A stretch of DNA of 36,371 nucleotides, taken from positions 445,094 to 481,464 of the forward strand of contig NW_004797520.1 of NCBI RefSeq assembly GCF_000002075.1. Reading direction: 5' to 3'. Each line of letters begins with the position of its first letter. Within the stretch, counting starts at the first letter, position 1. This document shows, piece by piece, positions 1 to 10,430 of this stretch. A model generated the notes under the pieces. The model did not search any database. It was given only the letters and a program-made list of their open reading frames with translations, and was not told the DNA's origin. The stretch is from Aplysia californica (taxonomy: Eukaryota). The translations under genes were made by a program, and so were the position numbers.

Positions 1-525
1 ACGTCAGAACAGTCCCCAATTTCCGGAAAAATTAGATGCTACGATTAAGCAATCGATGAGAGCAGAATATTAGCACAAGGTAAAAAGTGCAGGGTGTCCC
101 GTGGAACATGTTTCTATGACCATGCATGCGTGTATGTGTGTCAGTTCATAGTGTGTTTGCGTGTGCGCAAGTGCATCGTTTGATAGTGTTGGGTGGAGAA
201 ATGCACGTTTGATATGAAATAAAGATTCTTTTAATCCCACAGAAAGTTGGGTCCGATAAAAATATAGAAGAGTGAAAGTAGTATAAAAGTACTTTATTTA
301 TCACGTAGTATAGCCCGCATCACCGCCATTTTAATTCCACTGGTCCTTTTAAATTTCGTGTTAAAAAAACAGAATTACTTCAGTCTGATCAGTCTTTTTT
401 TTTCTTTTTTTCTAGAAGGGTGGGGTGGCGGCTGCATGTTCTACGCATGCCTTTGTTAGCTTGGCTTAATTAGAATCACAAATGTGGCTAAAATAATGCC
501 GGAGTCGGAGTGACAGAGAAAAACG

Positions 526-530
<5 letters not shown>

Positions 531-616
<86 letters not shown>

Positions 617-619
617 GCA

Positions 620-705
<86 letters not shown>
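531..705. repeat. Compound microsatellite (GA)~40 (531-610) followed by (CA)~42 (621-705)
   Basis: Direct reading of the sequence. Confidence 0.98.
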
Positions 706-706
<1 letters not shown>

Positions 707-713
707 CAAAACT

Positions 714-914
714 GTGTCTCACCTTGTGACACATAAACTTGTGTTCCTGCACACAGAAGCAGACGTCGGGGTACGACAGAGGCAGAGACTCACAAAGACA
801 CACAGACACACACACACAGACACAAAGACACAACAAAAGTGTCTCACCTTGTGACACATAAACTTGTGTTCCTGCACACAGAAGCAGATGTCGGGGTACG
901 ATAGTGGCAGAGAC
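714..914 (-). repeat. Tandem duplication of the 3' half of ABTB1 exon 9 plus its donor (copy 714-793; original 838-914), separated by (CA)n-like repeats
   Basis: Two near-identical 77-bp copies of gtgtctcaccttgtgacacataaacttgtgttcctgcacacagaagcaga.gtcggggtacga.ag.ggcagagactc. Both carry CACAAG|GTGAGA on the minus strand. Confidence 0.9.
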
Positions 915-943
915 TCGGGCTCAAAGGGGAGCTCACCCACCAC
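848..943 (-). CDS. ABTB1: ABTB1 start of second BTB domain; the gene continues beyond the window start
   Basis: Acceptor ctttccccag|GTG and consensus donor CACAAG|GTGAGA. Translation VVGELPFEPESLPLSYPDICFCVQEHKFMCHK aligns with ABTB1 ELPFPCPDGFNSCPDICFRVAGCSFLCHK. Phase 0/0. Confidence 0.85.
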
Positions 944-1026
944 CTGGGGAAAGTTTGGGACGACTTGTTTCACGGGTACCATGCCAGATAGGACGGGGAC
1001 ACAAATAACAGTTAGAAGTAGTAATT

Positions 1027-1296
1027 AACCCTATCCGTATGTCGTGTTTTACTATCGTATCCATATGACATGAGGAACTCTGTGCCACCACTTAACCCTA
1101 TCCGTATGTCGTGTTTTACTATCGTATCCATATGACATGGGGAACTCTGTGCCACCACTTAACCCTATCCATATGTCGTGTTTTACTACCGTATCCATAC
1201 GACGTGGGGAACTCTGTGCCACAACTTAACCCTATCCGTATGTCGTGTTTTACTATCGTATCCATACGACGTTGGGAATTCTGTGCCACCACTTTC
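1027..1296. repeat. 67-bp tandem repeat x4; also found inverted at about 17140-17215
   Basis: Unit ccctatccgtatgtcgtgttttactatcgtatccatatgacatggggaactctgtgccaccacttaa, repeated head to tail. Confidence 0.9.
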
Positions 1297-1329
1297 CAAA
1301 GAGGAAATTTACTCATTAATCCGATCCGT

Positions 1330-1480
1330 ACGCTTTGCATAGCAGTCTGTGTGTCAAAATGATTTTTTGAGAAATACTGAAAGTTTTTAAGAGATCTTCA
1401 TACTAGAAGTATTCTAAAGTGTGAAGAATACAACCACGGGGGTACAAAATGACCCAGAGCGTACGGATAGGGTTACGGTG
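1330..1480 (+). mobile_element. Dispersed repeat/TE fragment; an inverted copy lies at 16960-17130
   Basis: 1330-1480 is the reverse complement of about 16960-17130 (..gcatagcagtctgtgtgtcaaaatgattttttgagaaatactgaaagt..). The adjacent 67-bp array is also shared. Confidence 0.7.
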
Positions 1481-1774
1481 TAGAAGTAATTGATGTTTTA
1501 AAGACCTCACTGACAGATTCACATTCCACGATCACTTAACAATCAATTTCTCAGGGTATCCAGGCAAAGACATTTTTCGAATATAAAGACATCAAGAGGC
1601 ATCTTACAACACATTTATGTTCTGTATCATTATTTCTATCAAACTTTCTAATTAAAAAAAACTAGTGGTCAAGTCATAGTTCTGATTTGGGGGGCTCTCT
1701 TTTAAAAATTTTCTCAGAACTTAAAAAAAACTGACATAGGTACTTGAGGAATGATGCTGGAGAGATATATGCAT

Positions 1775-2345
1775 CAACCCTAACGAATTCATCATAGACA
1801 GCTAAAAAGAAGGCGCCAGCAAGAAGAAAGAAGAGAGAGAGAGAGAGGCATTGACTGTAACCAATTGAATTAGTCCGGGATGTTTAAACGTTGGCCACCA
1901 GAAAGTAAGGAGAGATACATCAACTGTGCATCAACTGCACCCTGGAATTAAGTTCATTATAGACAGCTAAAAAGAAGGTGCCAGAAAACAGAGACAGATA
2001 CAACTCAACCATACCATGAAATTGAGTTTGCCACAGAGAGGTAAAAAGGAGGCAGCAAAAAGAAACAGAGAGAGAGAACGCGTCAACCGTACCCAAAAAT
2101 TGAGTAGGTCGGGGAGCACTCAGTGTGCCAGAGAGCAGAGAGAGAACAGATCAACCTTACACAAGAATTGAGTTTGTCACAGAGAGCTAAAAAGAAGCAG
2201 AGAGAGAGAGAACACATTAACCGTACCCTGATATTGAGTTCGTCATAGAGAGCTAATAGCAGAGAGAAAACCCATCAACCGTACCCTGAAATTGAGTTCG
2301 TCATAGAGAGCTAATAGAAGAGAGAGTACACGTCAACCATACCCA
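1775..2345. repeat. Degenerate ~60-bp tandem array, ~9 units; units derive from the exon 8 / intron junction of ABTB1
   Basis: Units like caaccgtaccctgaaattgagttcgtcatagagagctaatag... . The unit at 2081-2140 is ~85% identical to 2328-2390, which is the exon 3' end plus donor. Confidence 0.85.
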
Positions 2346-2464
2346 AGAATTAAGTTGGTCAGGCAGCGCCCAGTGTGCCAGCTGTGCCAGGTCTCGCTGC
2401 AAGACGTCGCTGCCCTGTGATTCCAGCACCAGGGTGGTCACTCTCACACCGGGCTTGCTCGACT
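2343..2464 (-). CDS. ABTB1: ABTB1 inter-BTB linker exon
   Basis: Acceptor ccccccttttcag|AG and donor TCTTGG|GTATGG. Translation (E)SSKPGVRVTTLVLESQGSDVLQRDLAQLAHWALPDQLNSW aligns with ABTB1 ASKPGTCVKVLTIE...LADCALPPELRGDLW. The donor lies in the terminal unit of a tandem array. Confidence 0.8.
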
Positions 2465-2818
2465 CTGAAAAGGGGGGGGGGGAGGAGAGGGGAGGGGGAG
2501 AAAGATTGTAAATTATGGAGAATAGAAACAGTCAGAGTTTGGCATTGGGTTGAAAATGTGGGAAACATGTAACACATTTTATGAGACAATATTTGATGTT
2601 GAGTTAAGTTTTGATCTAGAGTTTAACACTTTGTCATCATATTTGGGGGAAAATCCAAAGAAACTGGGTGGTAAACACATACACAAATACATTATAGTTG
2701 CATAGAACTTGAAAAAAATAAATGAATATGACAGACAGAAGCAATGTCTACACATTTTATCAAAACATGAAGACCACAAATAGCCTGTCGTACTAATGAT
2801 GAAATTCACAAGACATAC

Positions 2819-2935
2819 CCCAGGACAACGTCTTTTTCATCCTGTCCTCTATCTCCGTCATGAGTTCGTAGAGCTGACACTGGCGGGCCAGTTTGAGGCA
2901 GTCGTCCACCAGGTCCATCGACACGCCCATAGAAC
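2819..2935 (-). CDS. ABTB1: ABTB1 BTB1 C-terminal exon
   Basis: Acceptor ccaccccag|GT and donor CTGGG|GTATGT. Translation (G)SMGVSMDLVDDCLKLARQCQLYELMTEIEDRMKKTLSW aligns with ABTB1 ...VSDCERLAKQCQLWDLLSDLEAKCEKVSEF. Confidence 0.85.
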
Positions 2936-3046
2936 CTGGGGTGGGGTCAAAGTTCACGAACGTTAACACTGGGATATCCACATGGAGATCAAAATGTTCC
3001 GTGATACTTTACAAATATTATACGAAGTCGATATTCCCTTGTATTA

Positions 3047-3230
3047 GTTTTAGTAAGAGTTTTACGGTACTTGCAACACAATACGATCATATAAGTGCCG
3101 AGGATTGGAGGTGTTACAAGAGAGTAACAAACACAAATAAAAGAAGGAGGGGAGATAAAGAAAACAGATGTTTGATAGGAAAGAAGGAGCAAACCACACC
3201 AGAGCACCCGTCAACCACCCACATACTGAA
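3047..3230 (+). mobile_element. SINE-like element, family 1
   Basis: Head ttttagtaagagttttacgg.acttgcaacacaata.gatcatataagtgccga..., shared with copies at 4158-4310, 14198-14340, 22678-22870 (+), 22130-22325 (-) and the diverged 7715-7860. Confidence 0.8.
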
Positions 3231-3313
3231 CTCCTCTCACCACTATCACTCGATGAAGACATGAACAAACAAGATTCTTTTTATAATTAAGTAATACAGG
3301 GGGTCCAACCAAC

Positions 3314-3359
3314 CTGTGTACAGATACTGTAAGATTGACCCAAAGGCTCCTTCAGACAT
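3314..3359 (-). CDS. ABTB1: ABTB1 BTB microexon, 46 nt
   Basis: Acceptor ccattttcag|ATG and donor ACACAG|GTTGGT. Translation MSEGAFGSILQYLYT(G) aligns with ABTB1 NPVAFGALLQYLYTG. Phase 0 to +1, consistent with its neighbours. Confidence 0.85.
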
Positions 3360-3795
3360 CTGAAAATGGACGTGAAAAGAACAAAACTTATTTTATATAT
3401 GTACATATGTTACATGCGCGCGCTGTGTGTGTGTGTGTGTGTGTGTGTGTGGGCGCGTGTATGTGTGAGAGAGAGAGTGGGCATGTGTGTGTGTGTGTAC
3501 GTGTATCTTTATTTTTCAAACTCAGATATATGGAATACATATATTTGAACATTTATCGTTCACCAACAGGATTTGTACAGGACAGCGAAGTAAAAATGAG
3601 AAAAACAAGAGTAGTCGATGAAAAGCCATTTTGGTCCAATACAGCCCAGTAGGAAACATTGTGCTTGACAAAAGATTTATTTTTTCACTTTATCAACATT
3701 TTCTTCTTGATCTCATAGTAAAAGTCAAAGTTACCAATTTCGAGGGGAATTTGATGATGAAAATCTCGACAAACAATTGAACAAGGCGCACAAAC

Positions 3796-3955
3796 CAATG
3801 AATGATTCAGCTCCACCACGGGTTTGTTCAGCCATTTTGTCTTGAACATGTTGGCGAAAAACAAGCAGCGGGCGCTGAGAATGCAGCGATGGGCGGGGAA
3901 CTCTTCGCCGTGTACCCGGAACACGACGTCGCTGTAGACTCGGTCCTGTAGCAGT
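3796..3955 (-). CDS. ABTB1: ABTB1 first BTB domain, N-part
   Basis: Acceptor ggccacag|A and a weak donor CATTG|GTTTGT. Translation (R)LLQDRVYSDVVFRVHGEEFPAHRCILSARCLFFANMFKTKWLNKPVVELNHSL aligns with ABTB1 LLEQGIHSDVVFVVHGKPFRVHRCVLGARSAYFANMLDTKW... Confidence 0.8.
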
Positions 3956-4157
3956 CTGTGGCCGGGGAAACAAGCAAGGTTCTTTTCTCAACAAGAATTG
4001 TAATATAATAGATGTTGGGGACAGAAGGAAGATTCTTTTCTCAACAAGAATTGTAATATAATAGATGTTGGGGACAGAAGGAAGATTCTTTTATCAACAA
4101 GAATTACAATATAGAGGTTGGGGACAGAAGCAAGATTTTCTTTTATGTTTTTGTTTT

Positions 4158-4310
4158 GTTTTAGTAAGAGTTTTACGGCACTTGCAACACAATAAGGTCA
4201 TATAAGTGACGAAGATTAGAGGAGTTACAAGAGAGTAACAAACACAAAATAGAATGAGGGGAGATAAGGACGACAGATGTTTGATAGGAATGAAGGAGCA
4301 AATCTAGAGA
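4158..4310 (+). mobile_element. SINE-like element, family 1 copy; preceded by a 55-bp x3 tandem at 3975-4140
   Basis: Same consensus as 3047-3230. Confidence 0.8.
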
Positions 4311-4784
4311 GGGGAGGGGGAGGAGGGGAGAAGAGGTAGGGAGAAGAGGTGAGAAAAGGGGGCAGGATGGGTGAAGTGGGGAGGGCCAGATGAACAAACT
4401 GACAGGTTCCAAGTTCCAAACGTGAATATATGACATCACTAGCTGAAGAAATCTTGGTTACACTTTCTCCACTTCATTTGAAAAGTAGGTGTGAGAAAAT
4501 GTCTTTTATTCATTCTAAAATGTTCAGACAGAAACCCAAATTTTAGCTGCGAGTACATGTGTGTGCTTTTTAAAAATATATAAATCATAGTATGAGAGAA
4601 CTGACAAGAAAATTTGAACAGATGAAATGGCAAAGAAAACAAAATTTGAAATAAAAATGTGTCATCCTCGTTGAAGACATGTGACATCACCTTGCTAATC
4701 CGTGGATTCTGAACTGCCTAAAACTGTAATAAACAACCACCAAAGTTCGCCCCCCCTCCCCATTGAACTTCAATCAAAACGTAC

Positions 4785-4929
4785 CTTCTGAGAAATTCTT
4801 CATACAGCTCCCTCCTGATGGTTCTCGATGAAATAACATGATAGCTCTTCAGCAAGTTTCTGATGTCATCGGTTAATGCCCCATACAGGCAGCGCTCACC
4901 GTCAAAGGTGTTTGCCTCACATTTGGCAC
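4785..4929 (-). CDS. ABTB1: ABTB1 exon, ankyrin end plus linker
   Basis: Acceptor tccctctgctag|GT and donor CAGAAG|GTACGT. Translation (G)AKCEANTFDGERCLYGALTDDIRNLLKSYHVISSRTIRRELYEEFLR(R) aligns with ABTB1 ARCEANTFDGERCLYGALSD... Confidence 0.88.
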
Positions 4930-5443
4930 CTAGCAGAGGGAGAATAAATAATAATAATGACAATAATAATAATGATAATAATAATAATAATAATAATAGT
5001 AATAGTAATAATAATGATAATATTAATAACAATGATAATAATATAGTAATAATAATGATTTTAATAGTAATTATGATAATGATAATAATGATAATAATAA
5101 CAGCACCTATATAGCGCATATTCAAGCCTTACAGCATGCTTGGTGTGCTTTATAACTACCGTTACCCCAGCACACCATTTAAAAAAAATTTAATTGGTGG
5201 CCACTTGAACATTTTTTTTTTGGGGGGGGGGCAGCTCTGGTAATCAATTAAAAATTTTTGCTTAAGAATCAGGAGAAACATGCAAAAGGAAAACCTTTGA
5301 TACTAATATTGTACTGTGACGGCAGATAACGATTGCATTGACAGAGATCTTTTGTTCTTGTACATCCAGTAAAGCACAAGCTGTTGAACATTTTAACGTT
5401 TAGTTCTAGTACATCTTGTAAAGTACAAATTATTATTATTCAC

Positions 5444-5499
5444 CTTTATCCAGCAAATACTCCACAATATCTCTGTGGCCACATAAGCAAGCATAGTAT
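5444..5499 (-). CDS. ABTB1: ABTB1 ankyrin repeat microexon
   Basis: Acceptor ttcttcag|A and donor GATAAAG|GTGAAT. Translation (L)YYACLCGHRDIVEYLLDK(G) aligns with ABTB1 YYACLCGHEELVLYLLANG. Confidence 0.85.
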
Positions 5500-6136
5500 C
5501 TGAAGAATAGTAAAAAATAGAACAGATGTTATCTGCACTAGAAAACGGAAAGACTAGCATTTGTTTCAATGAATTTTACATAACTACATAACGACCAAAA
5601 ATGCCAGCAAAATGATAACAAAATCAGAAAAAAAAGAACCCATTGACATTTTCTGATTGTTTCAAGATAATTTTATGCTATTTCGAGAGTCGCACAATTT
5701 CCAAAATTTCATCAATCTGATTTAGCTAAAGATATTAGCTAACGTATAAAGATGAAACCCACAGACAGAAATCAAATTATTCAACATAGGTAACTGTTTT
5801 CATTCAACTTAGATCACATGGGTCTATACAAAACCCAAAAGCAAACTTGAATAGGAATGGAGTAGGGGAAACCCTTTCAGTCAATAATGCTAGGATTAAA
5901 AAACCTTAATTTCATACCAAGCAAGCTTCTCAGAGTTGTTCAGTAGCAGTCTCCAAGAAATTCGCTTAGAAGTTGTGACCATTTGTACCTATCCAGCCTT
6001 GATAAAGGATGGTAATGAACCACTACACCCACACATTATATAATGAATGCTTGAAAAGCTTGCAACAGATCTATAAGCGTAAATTAAAGTAATGTTTGTG
6101 ACCATTGTCTTAAACAGAGCAACAGAGGCACAGAAT

Positions 6137-6308
6137 TTAACACTTTGCAGTCACACAGCCAGCAGTATTAAATACCCCATCTGGTCACCCAGCCAGGAGA
6201 GCGACTGCAATGGACTTCTCAGGCAAGGCGCAGAACTGCGCCAGGTGACTGGAACGGATCATTTTCACCGTCCCATTTTCATAGCGCCAAGTGACTGCAA
6301 AGTGTTAA
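6137..6308. mobile_element. MITE-like element: perfect 14-bp TIR CACTTTGCAGTCAC with TTAA on both flanks, piggyBac-type target site
   Basis: 6137-6154 ttaacactttgcagtcac equals the reverse complement of 6291-6308 gtgactgcaaagtgttaa. The ~164-bp interior is non-coding. Confidence 0.7.
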
Positions 6309-6465
6309 GGAGAGTGTTGTTATGCCTACAGAGGGGAAAAAGCGATACGACATGGAGGGTGAGAGTCTTAACAAAATGGAACAATGTTAAGATCATCAAA
6401 CTATTAATTCTAATATTTAAAAAACAAGACTACTTTGACAATAGGAAATATCCAGAAAAGCTTAC

Positions 6466-6528
6466 AACGGTGTACTGTCCCATTTATCCCGGGTGTCGAT
6501 GTCTACCTCTTTCATCTCTACAAGATAC
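6466..6528 (-). CDS. ABTB1: ABTB1 ankyrin-region exon
   Basis: Acceptor tcttgtcttcag|G and donor CCGTT|GTAAGC. Translation (R)YLVEMKEVDIDTRDKWDSTP(L) aligns with ABTB1 YLLEQRDVEVNVRDKWDSTPL. Phases are consistent. Confidence 0.85.
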
Positions 6529-6783
6529 CTGAAGACAAGAAGAGAAAACAGAATTTTAAAAACATTCCTTATGATGTATCAAAATATTGTCAGAAACTGT
6601 CCTTGTCAGTTTTAAACAGTGGCATCATAAGGGTCAATAAGGGGCTTTGTTTGAGAAAGATGAAAACAGAAAGAACTGTGTTGATTGAAATTGAATGAAT
6701 GAATGTTCTGGGTGCAGTTAGGAAGTCCATTGCTGACATATATATGGGCGGAAGTGGTGCAAACGCTGTTTTCAGTGTCATAC

Positions 6784-6848
6784 CTGTGTTGAGAAAAAGA
6801 CGAAATAGACAATTCCAAACAATTTTTGCACGACACATTGTCAAAACA
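6784..6848 (-). CDS. ABTB1: ABTB1 orthologue, N-terminal coding exon; 5' limit uncertain
   Basis: Donor CACAG|GTATGA with phase +2, matching the next exon. Translation ...LVTSQCFDNVSCKNCLELSISSFSQH(R) resembles the ABTB1 N-terminus (MDTS.LF.SCRKGD...R). No in-frame ATG exists before the upstream stop, and a TTG sits where the initiator Met is expected. The candidate acceptor is cttcacag|TGT. Confidence 0.45.
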
Positions 6849-7904
6849 CTGTGAAGTGACCAAAACAAAGTACTTTCCTTTGGGACTAGATCTAGATAAA
6901 GATCTTATATCACTTAACCTGCTATAAAAGCTTTCCTTTTATTAGTCATTTGCTGTAAAAGGTTTACTTTTTTACTATTACTATACTATAGATCATGCAA
7001 CGGAAGCAGCTAGTCAGCTCATGCTTTCAATAATTTCTGCAACAAAAAAAAAATATATATAGATCTATATCCTACATAGTATCATAAACAACTCACAATC
7101 TCCTCAAGCTTCAACAACAAACCAAAAACAACTTTCTAGACTCTATAAAAATGATCCGACCCAAGACAACGCACAAAAAAGGCCCAGTATTTCAATTTGG
7201 TACCAGACACTAGAAGAGTCTCAGCTCCAATTGCCAGCCCAAACTTTACCCTTTAAAAAAAAAAAATTCAAACTCACATAGGCTACAATCTTATTTAATT
7301 ATTATATTTATTACAGACGTATAGAATCTAGATCTAGATTAGATCAAGCAGAGACGTAAACGAAACCGAAAATCAAAAACATTTCTCACTGAAGACGCTG
7401 CAAGTCTCCCAATTTGCAAGCATGAAACATGTCTTGAATATCCATTATGGAAATGATAAAGCCAGTAAAGCATGGGGCCTTTGAATTTAAACAATTCAAT
7501 AGATCTATATATTATTTCGACACGGAACACGTAGTAAAATTATCATAAAGTCTGAACACAAATTTCAGGTTACAGTGAAAGAAAGAGAGGACAGCTGATT
7601 CTCTCAGCAGTCAGCAATCCTTTGGCATCAAGAACTTCCGTCAGCAATGTTTACATTTTTCATTATAGGCCTAAAACATTATAGTACAAGTTATGAAACA
7701 TTCCCCCAGGTAGTTTAAAAGCACTTGCGATACTATAAGGTCATATAAGTGCCGAACAAATATTACCAGGAACAACAAACAAAAAAGAAGGAGGGGATAC
7801 AAGGACGATAGGTGTTTGATAGGAATTAAAGAAGCAAACCACAATAGCGCACCCTCCAATCACACGCCTTTCTTTGACTGAAGGTAAAAAAATATAGCAC
7901 ATTT

Positions 7905-7909
7905 TAACC

Positions 7910-7966
<57 letters not shown>

Positions 7967-7991
7967 TAATAATATTATTATTATTATTATT

Positions 7992-8035
<44 letters not shown>
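7905..8035. repeat. Palindromic trinucleotide microsatellite (AAT)n-(ATT)n-(AAT)n
   Basis: aataataat... then attattatt... then aataataat...; an inverted arrangement. Confidence 0.95.
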
Positions 8036-8038
<3 letters not shown>

Positions 8039-8040
8039 GG

Positions 8041-8176
8041 GGGGGTTGATTTTTAAAACAATGTGGTCGCAGCTTTTTGGCCCCGGTCCCAAAAAAAAAA
8101 AAAATTTTACTGCTCGGAAATCCTTTTAATTTGGTTTAAAAATTTTTACCCCCCCCCCCCCCCCCCCCCCCCCCCC
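8041..8176. repeat. Homopolymer cluster: G10 (8041-8050), A14 (8090-8103), C27 (8150-8176)
   Basis: Direct reading of the sequence. Confidence 0.95.
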
Positions 8177-8379
8177 AACCAATCAAAGCAAAAACCTGAC
8201 GAGCTCGTGTGCCGAAGTGCGGCAATTACGGTCAAAGGGAAACAACAAAGAATAAAATGATCAAAATAGTAATTACGGATTTGCCTCCCTTAAATAGGAC
8301 CAACGACGTTTCTCCACGATCATAGTCATTGATCATTGGGTACCAAAGAGGTTACAATAAATAGAACTGGAGGTCTTAG

Positions 8380-8532
8380 TTGTGACGTCACGAGTGTCAA
8401 ACTGGAGATGCGGGCCACCATTCCGGAGAGGAATAAAAGGTCAGTTGGTACACAGCAACACTTTTCAATCACGGATTAATGATACTCTGTGAAGTCTTTT
8501 GATGTTGATTTCTTTTCTTTCTGATTGGCTAT
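8380..8532 (-). promoter_or_regulatory. Promoter-like cluster: palindromic CRE TGACGTCA (8384-8391) and CCAAT box AGCCAATCAG (minus orientation, 8521-8530)
   Basis: Motif reading only. It lies 1.5 kb upstream (minus strand) of the most 5' ABTB1 exon found and could be its promoter or an unannotated first exon region. Confidence 0.3.
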
Positions 8533-10220
8533 CGCATAAATGTACTCATTGGGATTTTTTGTATTGTTTGCCTTTAAATGAGCCAGATAATCACCAAAAT
8601 AATGCAAATAGAGACTTTTACACCATGTGACGACATGCGGGTGTAAAATTCAGAAAAAAATGAATCAACTTGATCATCACTTGTTAAAATATAAAACATA
8701 ATTTTATTGAAAATTTTTGCTGAACGTCGCTCAAACAGTATGTTTAGATTTATCACCGCTGGCTACAACAAGGCGCTCGTTTCGGCCCTCTGGAATCAGG
8801 AATGTGACTGAGAAGCTGCTAGAATAGAAGCTTCAACTGCAACTCTAGCATTCCTTCAAGGCTGGCTGAACGGAAAAGAACCACAGTCGATGTTGTTGAG
8901 ATGAGAGAGTATAAAGTACCCACCAATAAGACCGGCGTAATATTCTGTCTCATTTGCGGAACCGATGCCAAACAGCATGTGCAACAGCAGCAGCAGGGGT
9001 TCATGGAAGATGGGGTGTTGTGTAGCCAAACATCTGTGCCAATTTTAGAAAATATTGTGAACGTTTAAGATAAACCAGTTATTTATCCAAGTGTTGTATT
9101 TTAAAATGTTGTCAGTATATAATTATTTGTGCCCGATATTAAACAACGCTCGTTGGGTGTGCGCACAGGATCCATACAATGAGTGATTTACAGTATCCCA
9201 GCCTACAGTTAATTGCTCATTTTGAGACAATAACGAATTAACATATATTGAATAATTAACCCAGTCTTAACCCCTTTCATACTCTATGAAGACATAGGCT
9301 TTGCATCAGTATAAGGAGAGTGTAGACAACATGACATAAAAGCAATCCATTTTGTAAGTGTGAAGTTGTTCCTTTTCTTAACAAACTCAATTACATTGTA
9401 CCAGTACTCACTTTGTCTTCCTCCACCTCTCCCACACCCCACGTAGTAGAAAGAGCCAGGAGTAAGGGGTGGGGGAAGGGGTGGGGGGAGGGGTGAAAGG
9501 GTGAAGAGTAAAGCTTGTAACAGAACATGACAAGAGTAGGCTACAGGTGAGGAGGAAGACAAAGGGGAACATTGGAGGGAGATACACTTTTCTGTCGCCG
9601 GCATGTTTCGATCCGGGGATCTTTTGACTGAGAGGCAAACACTGTGCATTAAGACCACAATAGCCCCTATCTATTAAATAAAATTGGAATGAAAAAAACC
9701 CCACTCAACACCCCCCCCCCCCCCAGCCCACTAAAAAAAAATTAATTAAGCTTTTAAAACACAACCAAAAAAAAACCCAAACAAAAAACCTCCAAAAAAC
9801 AAACGAAAACAAACAAACCTGAACAAAAAAAACAAACAACCCCCCCCCCCCTCAAATCAGCACACATCTTTACTAAGATGTGAAGGTATCAGAGTCCCTC
9901 ACCACCAGTTTAGTTTGTCGTCTTTAGTCACAGAAAACAAGGGGAGAAAACAGAAAACCAACCAGTTATCGTTTTTTTAAAGTACCGTAGGTGTTTTTAC
10001 ACCTCCATCAACACAATTTAGATCATTTGGGAGACAGGCTTTAACCCTACTTGTCAGGACCACACTGGGCTGCCAAGGATACAACATTCAGCAGAAAGAT
10101 CTAGATTCTTGATAATAAGAATCTCCCCCCCCCCCCCCCCCCCCCCCCCCCACCCTTGGGAAATCAAATTGGGGTCTCCTGCATGCCATGGCGAAGCACC
10201 GAACCACTACACCACAGACG

Positions 10221-10430
10221 TCAGTAGTTGTCCTCTGGTTGGGCCTGAGTGGACCACGGATCAAAGAAGTCTTCGTAGGCAAGTGAAGCATTGCTATCGT
10301 ATAAGTCAGCATGTTTATCCCGAGCCCTTCCTGGATCAAGAACAACAACCTGAGAACTGAGCCCTTGTTCTTTGATCCATTTTTCTCTATCTGGTCGTCC
10401 ATCACATAGCCTACTGTAGCGAAAGCTCAA
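10221..10430 (-). CDS. Candidate terminal coding exon of an unidentified gene
   Basis: A 69-codon ORF follows the acceptor ctttcgctacag|T: (x)RLCDGRPDREKWIKEQGLSSQVVVLDPGRARDKHADLYDSNASLAYEDFFDPWSTQAQPEDNY*. Its composition is protein-like. A second minus-strand ORF in another frame lies just upstream (10578-10808, ...KVFDLDNACIPQRFSFMGSTSVVAAGIQFLQSDQ). No homologue was recognised. Confidence 0.3.
   Translation of the reverse strand: MSFRYSRLCDGRPDREKWIKEQGLSSQVVVLDPGRARDKHADLYDSNASLAYEDFFDPWSTQAQPEDNY

Noticed and set aside
456-982. ORFs encoding CVCVCV / SLSLSL / RERERE / THTHTH runs
   Set aside because: They are translations of (GA)n and (CA)n microsatellites. Only the 848-943 segment is a real ABTB1 exon.
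6141-6304. Open frame TWRYENGTVKMIRSSHLAQFCALPEKSIAVALLAG, first considered as an ABTB1 ankyrin exon
   Set aside because: It lies entirely inside a TIR-bounded MITE. The phase does not match neighbouring exons, and the real ankyrin exons were found at 5444-5499 and 6466-6528.
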